Shown: in pieces, positions 39,101-47,730 of the stretch
How the letters are laid out: each line of letters opens with the position of its first letter
Position numbering within the stretch: position 1 is the first letter of the stretch
Assembly: GCA_965195285.1 (NCBI GenBank)
Contig: CBDAFS010000030.1
Coordinates: 1-64,000 of the forward strand
Reading direction: 5' to 3'
Length of the DNA: 64,000 nucleotides
DNA from: an uncultured Aminicenantes bacterium
Lineage (GTDB): Bacteria > Acidobacteriota > Aminicenantia > UBA2199
Program-made: the position numbers and the translations under genes
Notes under the pieces: generated by a model
Database searches by the model: none
Seen by the model: only the letters and a program-made list of their open reading frames with translations
What the model was told of the DNA's origin: nothing

Positions 39101-42100
39101 CCGCAATTTTTCATCGATGGGAATCCTGATCAATCCCTGGGTCTGGCCCGGAGAAGTCCAGGATTTTTTCAGCCATTGGTTATCCTTGAATATTTCAATC
39201 AGCACCGGTCCCTGTTCATAACCGGTCCCCCACAGGGCTTCGAAGGTCTCACCTACCGGCAGCACCGCCTGTTTAACGGTAAAATAAAAAGGCAGTTTTA
39301 CTGGAAAATGTTTTTTATCCTTCTGGTGAACTAAAAAATGCAAATAGGCCCGTACCGGGTTTCCATACCGGTCCTGGCTGGTCAGACAGGCCCGGTATAC
39401 CCCCGGTTTTAGTTTGGCTTTCACTTCACAGGCATGACCGGAATTTTCTGAAGTCCGGAAAGCCTGTTTGAATACCCGGCGGCCCGAGGGCCATTTTTTC
39501 CAGTCCGGGGAATCTCTGAAGTTTCCCGGCTGGTCCGGAGAAGCGATTTCCATCTCCCGAATACCCACTTCACCAATCAGGTCGCGGGGAACAGGTTGTG
39601 AAGGCCCTTGCAAGGCGAAAATCTCAACGTTTCCCACAGCCCCTGTTCGCTGACCATTGAGATTGATGGTATTGACAGTAATGCATACCGGGCGGTCCTG
39701 TTCCTGCCAGTTCTGGCAATTCAGGGAGGCTTCCATTGAGGTATAACCCAAGCGTACCCGGGTTTCATCCCCCCTGGTCTCCCCTGCCCCATCGGTCACT
39801 TCAGCCTGGAGTTTAAATGAAAAAACCGGTTGGCTGGAACGAGGTAGGCTGAGATCAGGCCGGGCCCTGAAGGTAATACAGAACTTACCGCTTTTATCGG
39901 TTTTCAGGGTACCGTGGATGATTTCCCGGGCTTCAGCCCGTTGTGGCCCCCTGTGCCAGTAATACCACCAGTTGGGGAAGCGGACTTCACGCACCACCCG
40001 GTAACTGACCCGGGCATGGTCGATGGGGGCCCCGGTGTAGCTGCGAGCCTCACCGCAGACCGTTACCCGGTCATTCAGGCGGAACTCACGGTCGGGCAGC
40101 TTCAGATCGACCTGAAACTTGGGCCGTTTATAGGCTTCCACCCGGATGGCAGTAACACCCCGGGGAGAATCGGCAACCAGGGTCATCCGGCCGGTCAGAC
40201 GGTCCCGGGGAGCCATGAAGGTTCCACTGAAACTGCCAAAATCATTGGAAACCAGTTTCTGCCGGGCAACTTCCTGGTTGTTGACATCCCGAATACTGAC
40301 TCCAACCCTCTGGTTGGGAAAAACCCGGTAATTATGAGTCCGGGGATCCAGCTCCAGGCAGATGCCCTTGAAGCTGATCATTTGACCCGGGCGGTAGAGT
40401 GAACGATCGGTGAAGAAAACGGTTTTAAAGCTCCGTTTTTTATGAATTGAATGACCGGGGGAAAGCCCGGTATCGCAATATAATCCGAGCCGGTCGGAGG
40501 TTATTGTCACCAGGCGGTTGTAATTGGTTTCAGACCCGCTTTTTTGTTCCCTGAAATATCCCCTCGTATCGGTATGCAGGAGCTGTTGTTCATGATATGC
40601 CCGGGACTGATAGTCGTAACGGTAAATCCTGACCGCTGCCCCGGAAGCGGGCGTACCGGAAACCGCATCCAGGACATAACCTTCAAAAATTCGATTTCGA
40701 CCCCGCAGTACCAGGGCCACCCGGCTGACCCAGAGCGGGCTGCTCTGGATTTTATTGGAAGTATCGTTAAAATCCTCTTTATAACTGGCCAAAATCCGGT
40801 AAAAACCCGGGCTCATGGCCGGGACCTCAACAGACTGCTTCCGGCTCTGGTAATCCTCGGTAGGCTTCAATGAAACCGACCATTCTGCCATTGGTTTTTC
40901 AGTCAGCATCTGCCGGAGTACTGATTCGGGTAATCGGTTAAACTGTTTTTTATTTTTCCCCTGGAGATAGTCTTGCAAGTTGTCCCGGACAATTCTGAAG
41001 TTCACTGTCCGGATATTTTTATATTCCACTGTGAACCAATAAGGTTGATCCGGTATGATGACTTTTTCAGTCTTCAGATGAAACTGCTTTTCCTTGATCC
41101 GGGACAGCAGGGCCAGACAATTCTGTCCACCGCGGGATTTGGAAAAATTTTCATGGCCACGGCTGGCAATCTTAACAGCCTTTATTAACTTTCCCTGTTT
41201 TTTCAACTCATGAGCCCGGTAATAAGCGGCCAGACTTGACAATCGGGAATCGGGATAGCTCGACATGATTTCCTGTAACCGCTTGCTATAACGATCGGCT
41301 ACCGCCTCTCCAACGGCTTCATTTCGGACATACCTGAGGCGGTGAATATCAATATCGATGAAGGCATCCCGGGTTTTATCATGCCGGTGAAAAAGCATGA
41401 GCTTCTGATAGAGCCGCAGGGCTAAATAACGGGGAGAATCGGTATCAATGGTTTTGATGTTCCAGGCCATGAATTGGGGGGCCGGGGCCAGGGCCGGGCT
41501 ATCGGACCGGATATCAAAGGCCTGTTCGGGTCTCGCCGCAACCTGTTCACCGGAACTGTAAAAACGGAGAGCCTCCTGGGCCACAAAATCATACAGGGTC
41601 GGACGCAGGCCAATGGGAAGGCTTCCCTTGACTAAGAAATCGTAATAACGATCAACGGGAATTTTTTTCAAGCGGTTCTCGTCCTTTAAAACAGCCTTGA
41701 AGAGTGAGGAAATCTCATCAAACAATTTTGGCAGGTCCCAGGTGGTAAAATCCTTTTCATTCAGCCCGGCTGTACGGGAACGGTTCAGAAAACGCCAGCG
41801 ATTGCGGGAAAAATAATGCCAGTACCACTGGGCCTGCACCACCTGCATCAGGGGTCTCATTTCCGGCCGGACCTGTTCAATCTCCGCTTTCAGCCGGTTA
41901 ATTTTTTCCTCGGGCCGGTTGCCCTCGATCACCGATTCCAGAACGATTCGCTGGACAAGGGCCTTCAGGGCCTCCGCCTGTCGGTTCTGATCCAGAGCCA
42001 GATTGTATATGCGGTTCAGGTATTTTATCGCTGTTTTGGGCAGTCCGTCTTTTTCGGCCTGGTTGACTTTTTTCCATAACACCCGGGGGTCGGTTTCCCT

Positions 42101-42184
42101 GATATCTCCCTGCTGGCCGATTCCCTGGGACAGCATCAGGACGATTAAAAAAATACAGATAGTAATAAACCTGAATTTGGTCAT
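36173..42184 (-). CDS. Bacterial alpha-2-macroglobulin family protein
   Basis: Signal peptide, FTDRSLYRPGQ (MG2), YKRPKF, R.NLNETAFF, PRFLREGD, thioester motif CSEQ, YAPEF; GAGGAG RBS. Confidence 0.95.
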   Translation of the reverse strand: MTKFRFITICIFLIVLMLSQGIGQQGDIRETDPRVLWKKVNQAEKDGLPKTAIKYLNRIYNLALDQNRQAEALKALVQRIVLESVIEGNRPEEKINRLKAEIEQVRPEMRPLMQVVQAQWYWHYFSRNRWRFLNRSRTAGLNEKDFTTWDLPKLFDEISSLFKAVLKDENRLKKIPVDRYYDFLVKGSLPIGLRPTLYDFVAQEALRFYSSGEQVAARPEQAFDIRSDSPALAPAPQFMAWNIKTIDTDSPRYLALRLYQKLMLFHRHDKTRDAFIDIDIHRLRYVRNEAVGEAVADRYSKRLQEIMSSYPDSRLSSLAAYYRAHELKKQGKLIKAVKIASRGHENFSKSRGGQNCLALLSRIKEKQFHLKTEKVIIPDQPYWFTVEYKNIRTVNFRIVRDNLQDYLQGKNKKQFNRLPESVLRQMLTEKPMAEWSVSLKPTEDYQSRKQSVEVPAMSPGFYRILASYKEDFNDTSNKIQSSPLWVSRVALVLRGRNRIFEGYVLDAVSGTPASGAAVRIYRYDYQSRAYHEQQLLHTDTRGYFREQKSGSETNYNRLVTITSDRLGLYCDTGLSPGHSIHKKRSFKTVFFTDRSLYRPGQMISFKGICLELDPRTHNYRVFPNQRVGVSIRDVNNQEVARQKLVSNDFGSFSGTFMAPRDRLTGRMTLVADSPRGVTAIRVEAYKRPKFQVDLKLPDREFRLNDRVTVCGEARSYTGAPIDHARVSYRVVREVRFPNWWYYWHRGPQRAEAREIIHGTLKTDKSGKFCITFRARPDLSLPRSSQPVFSFKLQAEVTDGAGETRGDETRVRLGYTSMEASLNCQNWQEQDRPVCITVNTINLNGQRTGAVGNVEIFALQGPSQPVPRDLIGEVGIREMEIASPDQPGNFRDSPDWKKWPSGRRVFKQAFRTSENSGHACEVKAKLKPGVYRACLTSQDRYGNPVRAYLHFLVHQKDKKHFPVKLPFYFTVKQAVLPVGETFEALWGTGYEQGPVLIEIFKDNQWLKKSWTSPGQTQGLIRIPIDEKLRGGFTLVATLVKQNRQYQTTTRVYVPWYNKQLQLQWQTFRSTLEPGQKETWSLKIKGPGSEIRAAEMVATLYDVSLDQYYPHFFQGFSNLFDADSTSLRLRFSNQGIDFSNFINRLNVRYSYSAANYAHFPQEVIQSLFGYQYGSRRHVSKQKVLRPEEMFSKALGEALVLSYEDINGVSGGKDATIKETKRNGDRDKGGKKIDLSKVQARKNLNETAFFYPHLKTAGDGSVTIEFKMPEALTEWRFIGFAHTIDMKYGSIEGRSITRKDLMVQPNPPRFLREGDELEFTVKVTNMSDKPESGSLRLQFFNPQNETSLDDSLNNRDKDQTFSIPSKQSRTLRFRIKVPDGLDMVAFRAVGATEEYSDGEEGVLPVLSRRLLVRESIPLWISKQGEKRFEFRKLSLSSGSKTLVHKGLTVQMTSNPAWYAVQALPYLMEFPHECSEQVFNRLYANGLARHIAHSDPRIHRIFNRWKASGALKSNLEKNPDLKSVLLRESPWVRQAQNETQAKHRVGLLFDENRLDRELKRAYLKLEDMQLSDGSWPWFPGGPGNHYITLYIVTGFGRLRHLGVDDIPLDLTGKAIRFLDNRILEVYNRIVSRGHLKSNNLGSRVALYLYGRSYYLKKHPLSSKYQKAVDYFLQQAREYWLKLSHRQNQAQLALALNRFGDSVTARKIMHSIKERSRFNEELGRYWRETELSWWWFRAPIETQAVMIEAFDEVMGDHQAVEECKVWLLKQKQARDWKTTKATADAVYAVLLRGDDLLASDLPVEVTLGGQKVEIEKPEAGTGYYEKVYQPRDIIADMGRITVSKKDKGIAWGGVHWQYLEDISKITPHTGNPLKLKKRLFVRRFTDKGPMIEPYQGSLGVGDLLVVRIELRTDRDMEYVHMKDHRGSGLEPVNVLSRYKFQDGLAYYESTLDTATHFFIDYLPKGTYVFEYSLRVVHRGRFQSGMAHIECMYAPEFNSHSQSFELKVK

Positions 42185-42310
42185 CTCGATTCTCCTCGTT
42201 TGACTTGGTTATACCACATTTCTCTCAACAAAAAAAAGTCTGTCATTCATGGTTTGACATCTCCGGGAGTTTGGTCGGACAAGGAGTCCGGATTGGACAG
42301 AGGGAAATGA

Positions 42311-42695
42311 AGGTTTAGGTTAAGGTAAAGGTAAAGGTAGAGGTAAAGGTAAAGGTAAAGACGTGAAACGTAAAGAGTAAAAGGTGAAGACGTAAGGCGT
42401 AATACGTAAAGCGTAAAATGTGATTGGTAATTGGTTAACTGTAGGGGCGAATGGAAATTCGCCCAATTGTTTATATCGATTTTTCATATTGGTTGTAATA
42501 ATCATCTCTTTCAGGGCAAACCGCCGTTTGCCCCTACAACAATTTTTCTCCTAATCTAAATTTGTTTTTGTTTTGAATTTTGGACATTTGAGTTTTGAAT
42601 TTGTTTCGGATTTAGAATTTGGGATTTCGGATTTGTTTCTTCTGGATTCTTACTTCTGAGTTAAAGGCAAAGGTAAAGGTAGAGGTAAAGGTAAA
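42311..42695. repeat. Intergenic repeat mosaic with GTAG REP doublet
   Basis: Hexamers 42311-42360, CGTAA heptamers 42361-42417, REPs 42441-42464 and 42514-42537, heptamers 42600-42634, hexamers 42664-42695. Confidence 0.88.
42441..42537. mobile_element. REPIN-like doublet of GTAG-family REPs
   Basis: GTAGGGGCGAATGGAAATTCGCCC ... GGGCAAACCGCCGTTTGCCCCTAC. Confidence 0.85.
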
Positions 42696-42872
42696 AAGAA
42701 AAAATTGGCGGGCGTAGCAAACTATCTCCGGAACGGCTTGTGAAACCATTTTCTCGAATATCGAAAAATGGTGGAACGCTCACAAAAATGAGAACATTTT
42801 TGTGTAAAGTGAAGGAGATGTTTGTGAAAGCCCGGAGGAGTTCTATAGCTGACTCAAAGGTTGAGAATGTTC

Positions 42873-44090
42873 CTATTCAACCTGGATACAAACAATGGTG
42901 ATGTCATCGTGCTGCTGGGCCGGGGCGGAAAACTCCAGGATGCGATCCTTGATGCCCATGATCATATCGGTGGAGCTGAGCCGTTGTTTGCCCAGGAGCT
43001 TCAGGTGATCCTCCAACCGCTGATTGCCATACATTTCCAGGTCACTGTTCATGGCCTCGTTCACCCCGTCGGTATACAGCAGCAAAATATCACCGGACTG
43101 CAACTTCAGTGAAACGGATTCATAGCGGGGCGAGGCCATGACCCCCAGGGGGAAACGGTCTCCGGGATTTTTCAGCACCTCAATCCGGTCAGCGCGCAGC
43201 AGCAGGGGCCGGGTCTGACCGGCATTGACAAAATCCATCCGCCGGGAATCCACTTCCAGAGCCAACATGAAGGCGGTCACAAAGCGGTTTCGGTCCGGAC
43301 GGGAGTACAGGGCCGAGTTGATGTTTTCCAAAACCGTTACCACATCGTTCTGGTGCTGAATTTCGGAGATGAAGGCCCCGCTGGTATACACAGCGGTAAA
43401 AGCCGCATCCATGCCCTTTCCCGAGACATCCACGATGGTGATGCCTAATTTTTGCTTCTGCTTCTGAAACCAGGCATAGTCAAAAAGGTCTCCTCCCACT
43501 TCAAAGGCCGGGATGCAGCATCCTGAGATATCAAACCCCCTGACCTCCGGGTCCTGTTCGGGCATCAGGCTCATCTGCATGTTACGGGCGGTTTCCATCT
43601 CGATCTGAATACGGTTGCGCTCTTCCCGCTCACTGGCCACCGCCCAGATCAACAGGTTAACCCCGGCCAGCACCAGGGTGGCAATCAGCAGGATGGTCAG
43701 CGGGCTCCCGAACTGCAAATAGGCAATACCCATGGCAATGGCAATCAACACAAAGGCATTCTGGACCAGCGGTTTGCGGTCCTGGGGAATGCGCTTGTAA
43801 ATCTCCTTGCTCCAGGTCAGGGAAAACATGGCAGCATCCTTCAATCCCACATTTTCCTTTTGCTTCTCGAACCGCTGCCGGTAGGATTCGCGTCCGTGAC
43901 GGATTGATTCCCAGGAACGATAGGCAATGAATCCGAAAATCACCAGCGACAGCAATTTTTCCACTAATGAATTCCACTGCCCGGTCTTGATCACGATGTA
44001 AATGCCCTCGGCCAGGTTCAGGACATAGATCAGCAGTATCACAAAGGCAAGTGTCTGAAGGGTGGATACTTTCCTGTTTTTGGCCGCCAT
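42873..44090 (-). CDS. Membrane-anchored PP2C/SpoIIE phosphatase
   Basis: About four N-terminal TM helices, EVGGDLFD, DVSGKG, YTDGVNEA, DDIT. Confidence 0.9.
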   Translation of the reverse strand: MAAKNRKVSTLQTLAFVILLIYVLNLAEGIYIVIKTGQWNSLVEKLLSLVIFGFIAYRSWESIRHGRESYRQRFEKQKENVGLKDAAMFSLTWSKEIYKRIPQDRKPLVQNAFVLIAIAMGIAYLQFGSPLTILLIATLVLAGVNLLIWAVASEREERNRIQIEMETARNMQMSLMPEQDPEVRGFDISGCCIPAFEVGGDLFDYAWFQKQKQKLGITIVDVSGKGMDAAFTAVYTSGAFISEIQHQNDVVTVLENINSALYSRPDRNRFVTAFMLALEVDSRRMDFVNAGQTRPLLLRADRIEVLKNPGDRFPLGVMASPRYESVSLKLQSGDILLLYTDGVNEAMNSDLEMYGNQRLEDHLKLLGKQRLSSTDMIMGIKDRILEFSAPAQQHDDITIVCIQVE

Positions 44091-44100
44091 TTATAAAATT

Positions 44101-44166
44101 ATGCTAACGATTTACTCCGGCAATGTCAAGTTTGGGGATGACAAAGTAAATCGGAAATGATATATT
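44101..44166. promoter_or_regulatory. Divergent sigma70 promoters
   Basis: Minus strand: TTGACA(44129-44124)-17-TAGCAT. Plus strand: ATGACA(44138)-17-TATATT with TGn. Confidence 0.55.
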
Positions 44167-44205
44167 ATCGGATAACCAATTAACCGCTAATAACGTAGAA
44201 ATCAT

Positions 44206-46413
44206 ATGAAAAAGACTATTCTTGTTTATATATTCATCTTATTTTTAGCAACATATTTACCCCTGTCAGCCAAAAAAAGACAGAAAGCCGAAAACACGAC
44301 TCTGCTGATTACCGGGGTGATCCAGGACATTCACCAGAATCCCCTGGAAGATATCCGGGTATTCCTGAAGAACCTGGATCCCATCTGTTTTTCCAATTCC
44401 CGGGGTGAATTTGTCCTCAAGGTTTCAGGGGCTACCAGCACCCTGACCCTGGTTTTTGAGCATGCCAAATTTCACCCCTACAAGCTCCGTATTTCCGCTG
44501 CCAGAACCCGGAAGCCGCTCTCGGTGGTGCTTATTCCAAAGGAATACCTTCAAGAGGAGATATCGGTCACCGCCCTGAACCGGGAAGAAAAATCAGTGGA
44601 TGTACCGGCTGCCGAAAGTGTGGTATCCGAACTGGAGATCAAGGAAAAAATCCCCGAAAATATTGTCAGCACCATGCTGAACACTCCGGGAATTCATTTT
44701 ATCGGCAGCGGGGGATTTTCCATCACGCCCAGCATCCGGGGAATTGCCCGGCGCCGGGTACTGGTCCTGGTGGACGGCATGCGGGTCATCGGAGACCGTC
44801 GGGCCGGGGTTTCCGCCACTTTTCTGTCGCCGGAAATCGTGGAGAAAATTGAAGTGGTCAGATCGGCCTCATCGGTTCTCTACGGATCGGATGCTATCGG
44901 CGGTGTTATCCAGCTTCTCACCCAGAGTCCCCGCCCTGATCCGACCCTGCGCAACAGTCTGAACCTTTCTCTCGGTTCCTCGAGCCAGCGCATGAACAGC
45001 GGTTTGTTGACCCGGCAGAACCTTTTCGGTTTGAATTTAATCGGGGGATTTCAGCTGGCCCGGGCGGATAATTATTCAACCCCGGTCCAGGAAATCTATC
45101 ATTCCGGCTATACTACCTACTCGGGCCTGTTGTCCCTGCACAGCAATAATGAAAAACGGAAGTTCAGCCTGAGCTATATCGGCGGATATGGTACTAACCT
45201 GGGTAAGCCCAACCGGGACAATGACCCGGATAACTACACCCGGGTTTCTGAAGAAGGGGAACATTTCATCCGGTTTCACTATAGTGAAAAACAGTTGGCT
45301 GGAAACGGCAAACTCGACGTGCTGCTGTATCTGAACCCCAGTCTGTATGCCCTGGAAAAGTACCGGGCAGACACATTATCTCACGAATATACCCGGAGCA
45401 GCGGCTATAACCTGGGTGGAAAAGCAACCTTTAAAAAATCCCTCAACCGGCATTTTTCTTTTCAGACCGGTGTGGAATGGTTCGGCCGGCGGGATTTTGA
45501 TTTTGAAAACTCCCTGGAAGACCAACAAGGCCGTGAGACAACCTTTCCCCTGAAAGACGGTAAACGGGATGACACCAGCCTCTTTCTGACCGCCGATTAC
45601 AGCGGCATTCCCGGTATGGATATCATGGGCGGGATCCGTTACACCTGGTTTTCGCTGCAGGCCTTAGTGGATGACCAGGAAAAGGTCAAAAACTCGAATG
45701 CCCCGTCTTTTTTTTTAGGAGCAACCAAGAAATTCGGAAAGTCGGTTTCCCTGTTCTTCAACATGGGACGGGCCTTTCGCCTGCCCGGCCTTAGCGAATC
45801 CTTTTACACCGGGCTCACCGGCCGGAAGTATGTGATCGGAAACCCGGACCTGATCCCGGAGAGCAGTTTCAACCTGGATACGGGAATCAAGGTGTTTTTG
45901 AAACAGTTTTTCTTAGGGATTTACCTGTTCTCCTACCGGATCGATGACATGATCGAGCGCTACAAGAATGAGGACAACATCTATACATATGACAATATCA
46001 CCCGGGGCCATATCCGGGGCGGGGAAGTGGAGTTTCAGTATTTCCCTTTCAGAAACCTGGAAATTTTCGGACACTATTTCCTTTACCATGGGCGGGATTC
46101 AGATCGGGATGAGCCGCTGAATGATATCCCCTCACCTAAATTGCTGTTAGGAGGTAAAATTTTAGTGGACCGTTTCTGGGTGGAGATCAACTATTTGCAC
46201 AGTTTTGAAAAATCAGACCCTGGACCGGCCGAGGTCAAAAATGAAGCCTATCAACTGGTCAGTCTAAAAACCGGTTGTTACTTTTCCACTCGTTTCAGCC
46301 TGAACCTGAGAATCTCCAACTTTTTCAACGCCCTGTACTATCCCAACCCGGATCCGGACATCCCCCCGGCCAAGGGCATAGACATCTCCCTGGGCCTTCA
46401 TTACAATTTTTAA
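44206..46413 (+). CDS. TonB-dependent receptor with N-terminal carboxypeptidase-regulatory-like domain
   Basis: Signal peptide, plug motifs SIRG..VLVLVDG and IEVVRSASSVLYGSDAIGGVI, NPDL.PE, terminal YNF. Confidence 0.93.
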   Translation: MKKTILVYIFILFLATYLPLSAKKRQKAENTTLLITGVIQDIHQNPLEDIRVFLKNLDPICFSNSRGEFVLKVSGATSTLTLVFEHAKFHPYKLRISAARTRKPLSVVLIPKEYLQEEISVTALNREEKSVDVPAAESVVSELEIKEKIPENIVSTMLNTPGIHFIGSGGFSITPSIRGIARRRVLVLVDGMRVIGDRRAGVSATFLSPEIVEKIEVVRSASSVLYGSDAIGGVIQLLTQSPRPDPTLRNSLNLSLGSSSQRMNSGLLTRQNLFGLNLIGGFQLARADNYSTPVQEIYHSGYTTYSGLLSLHSNNEKRKFSLSYIGGYGTNLGKPNRDNDPDNYTRVSEEGEHFIRFHYSEKQLAGNGKLDVLLYLNPSLYALEKYRADTLSHEYTRSSGYNLGGKATFKKSLNRHFSFQTGVEWFGRRDFDFENSLEDQQGRETTFPLKDGKRDDTSLFLTADYSGIPGMDIMGGIRYTWFSLQALVDDQEKVKNSNAPSFFLGATKKFGKSVSLFFNMGRAFRLPGLSESFYTGLTGRKYVIGNPDLIPESSFNLDTGIKVFLKQFFLGIYLFSYRIDDMIERYKNEDNIYTYDNITRGHIRGGEVEFQYFPFRNLEIFGHYFLYHGRDSDRDEPLNDIPSPKLLLGGKILVDRFWVEINYLHSFEKSDPGPAEVKNEAYQLVSLKTGCYFSTRFSLNLRISNFFNALYYPNPDPDIPPAKGIDISLGLHYNF

Positions 46414-46479
46414 TCTTAAGATTAACTGAGGAGTTAGAAGACAGAAGAAATAAATCCGAAATTTAAATCATTTTAGCTC

Positions 46480-46699
46480 AGGTTAAGGTAGAGGTTAAGG
46501 TTAAGAAAAAAATTGTTGTAGGGGCAAACGGTGGTTTGCCCGAATCAGAAATCTATTACAAATTGATCAAAAAAGAATAGGGCGAATTTCCATTCGCCCC
46601 TACAGTTAACCAATTACTAATCACATTTTACGCTTTACGTATTACGCCTTACGTCTTTTCCTTTACCTCTACCTTTAACTTTACCTTCACCTTAACCTC
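46480..46699. mobile_element. REPIN-like doublet (46518-46603) nested between inverted hexamer arrays; inverted copy of 42387-42545
   Basis: 46580-46657 is the reverse complement of 42387-42464 with one mismatch. Confidence 0.88.
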
Positions 46700-46710
46700 A
46701 GTTTATTTTC

Positions 46711-47271
46711 TTAATCGATTCCCAGGAGGTCATCCTTGAATCCCTGGCCCGGACCCGGTTTGGGACCGATCCAGCAGGCAAAGAGCGCATCGGCAAATGC
46801 CTTGCCTTTAATGATGCCTTTGAAGGATTTCTTAACGGTGACCTTGGTGCCCTTTCCCGGGATATAGGTGAAGGCAATCCGGTCTCCGTCCTTGACATCT
46901 TCCATCCAGCTACAGAGTTTTTCGAATTGTTTTTTCAATTCAGGTGAATGATTCGGAGTATTGGCTTCCAGGCCATCCATCCATGCTCCATTGAGCTTCT
47001 TTTTTCCCACACTGCGCAAAAAATGCATGAGGTTCCGGCGCATTTTATCCGCTTTTAATATCTTGTCGGCGTCTTTCTCCTTTTCGGGAAGGTAGAGGCC
47101 GTCCACATAAACTTTGAATACCACTTTTTTTCTCAATGCCATGCCGTTGAGAACCAGCTTGGTCCCCTCCACGGTCACGGTGTTGGGCATTTCCACTCCT
47201 TTAAAGGTCGCTGAATAAACCGGCAGGACCATAGTCAGGATAAGCAAAAGCAGCCATAATTTTTTCATCAT
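46711..47271 (-). CDS. Chalcone-isomerase-like exported protein
   Basis: Signal peptide, LVLNG.ALRKK..FKVYV.GLYL, WIG.KP; start at 47271 after AAGGAGG. Confidence 0.88.
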   Translation of the reverse strand: MMKKLWLLLLILTMVLPVYSATFKGVEMPNTVTVEGTKLVLNGMALRKKVVFKVYVDGLYLPEKEKDADKILKADKMRRNLMHFLRSVGKKKLNGAWMDGLEANTPNHSPELKKQFEKLCSWMEDVKDGDRIAFTYIPGKGTKVTVKKSFKGIIKGKAFADALFACWIGPKPGPGQGFKDDLLGID

Positions 47272-47335
47272 TTTTCCTCCTTTCAAATCGTACTGGTTGT
47301 TCAGAAGAATGGTAGTATGGAGAAAAATAAAAGTC

Positions 47336-47666
47336 AAGGCTGAGATTGAGGTAAAGGTAAAGGCAAAGGTAGAGGTAAAGGCAAAGAAGGAAAACCGCTG
47401 GTCATTAGAACTCTCTGACTTTTGTCATTTAGAACTATCATAACTTGTCATTGAAACTCTAAAGAACTTGTCATTAAAAAACTATTATAACTTGTCATTA
47501 TAGTTCTACAGAGCTCTTAATGACGTGAACGCAGTGAACTCATGACGCATGTTTTACATGCTAATGACGCACGCATCGCGTGCTAATGACACGAGCGAAG
47601 CGAGTAAATGACAAGTTGATTTGTTCTTAACTTCAGAACTTCTTATCTTCTGAATTCTAAGGTTAA
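47336..47666. repeat. Composite element A, copy 2
   Basis: GTCATT at 47401, 47424, 47447, 47470, 47494; ATGAC at 47520, 47542, 47564, 47586, 47608; 29-mer identical to 33375-33403. Confidence 0.88.
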
Positions 47667-47702
47667 GAGAGCACAAATTATGATGCCAATCATCCCAATG
47701 AA

Positions 47703-47711
47703 TGCTATAAT
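47703..47711 (+). promoter_or_regulatory. Extended -10 promoter TGCTATAAT
   Basis: Perfect TGnTATAAT; implies the next CDS starts at GTG 47719 or ATG 47731 rather than 47680. Confidence 0.6.
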
Positions 47712-47730
47712 GGGTGGTGTGAAAACGGTC

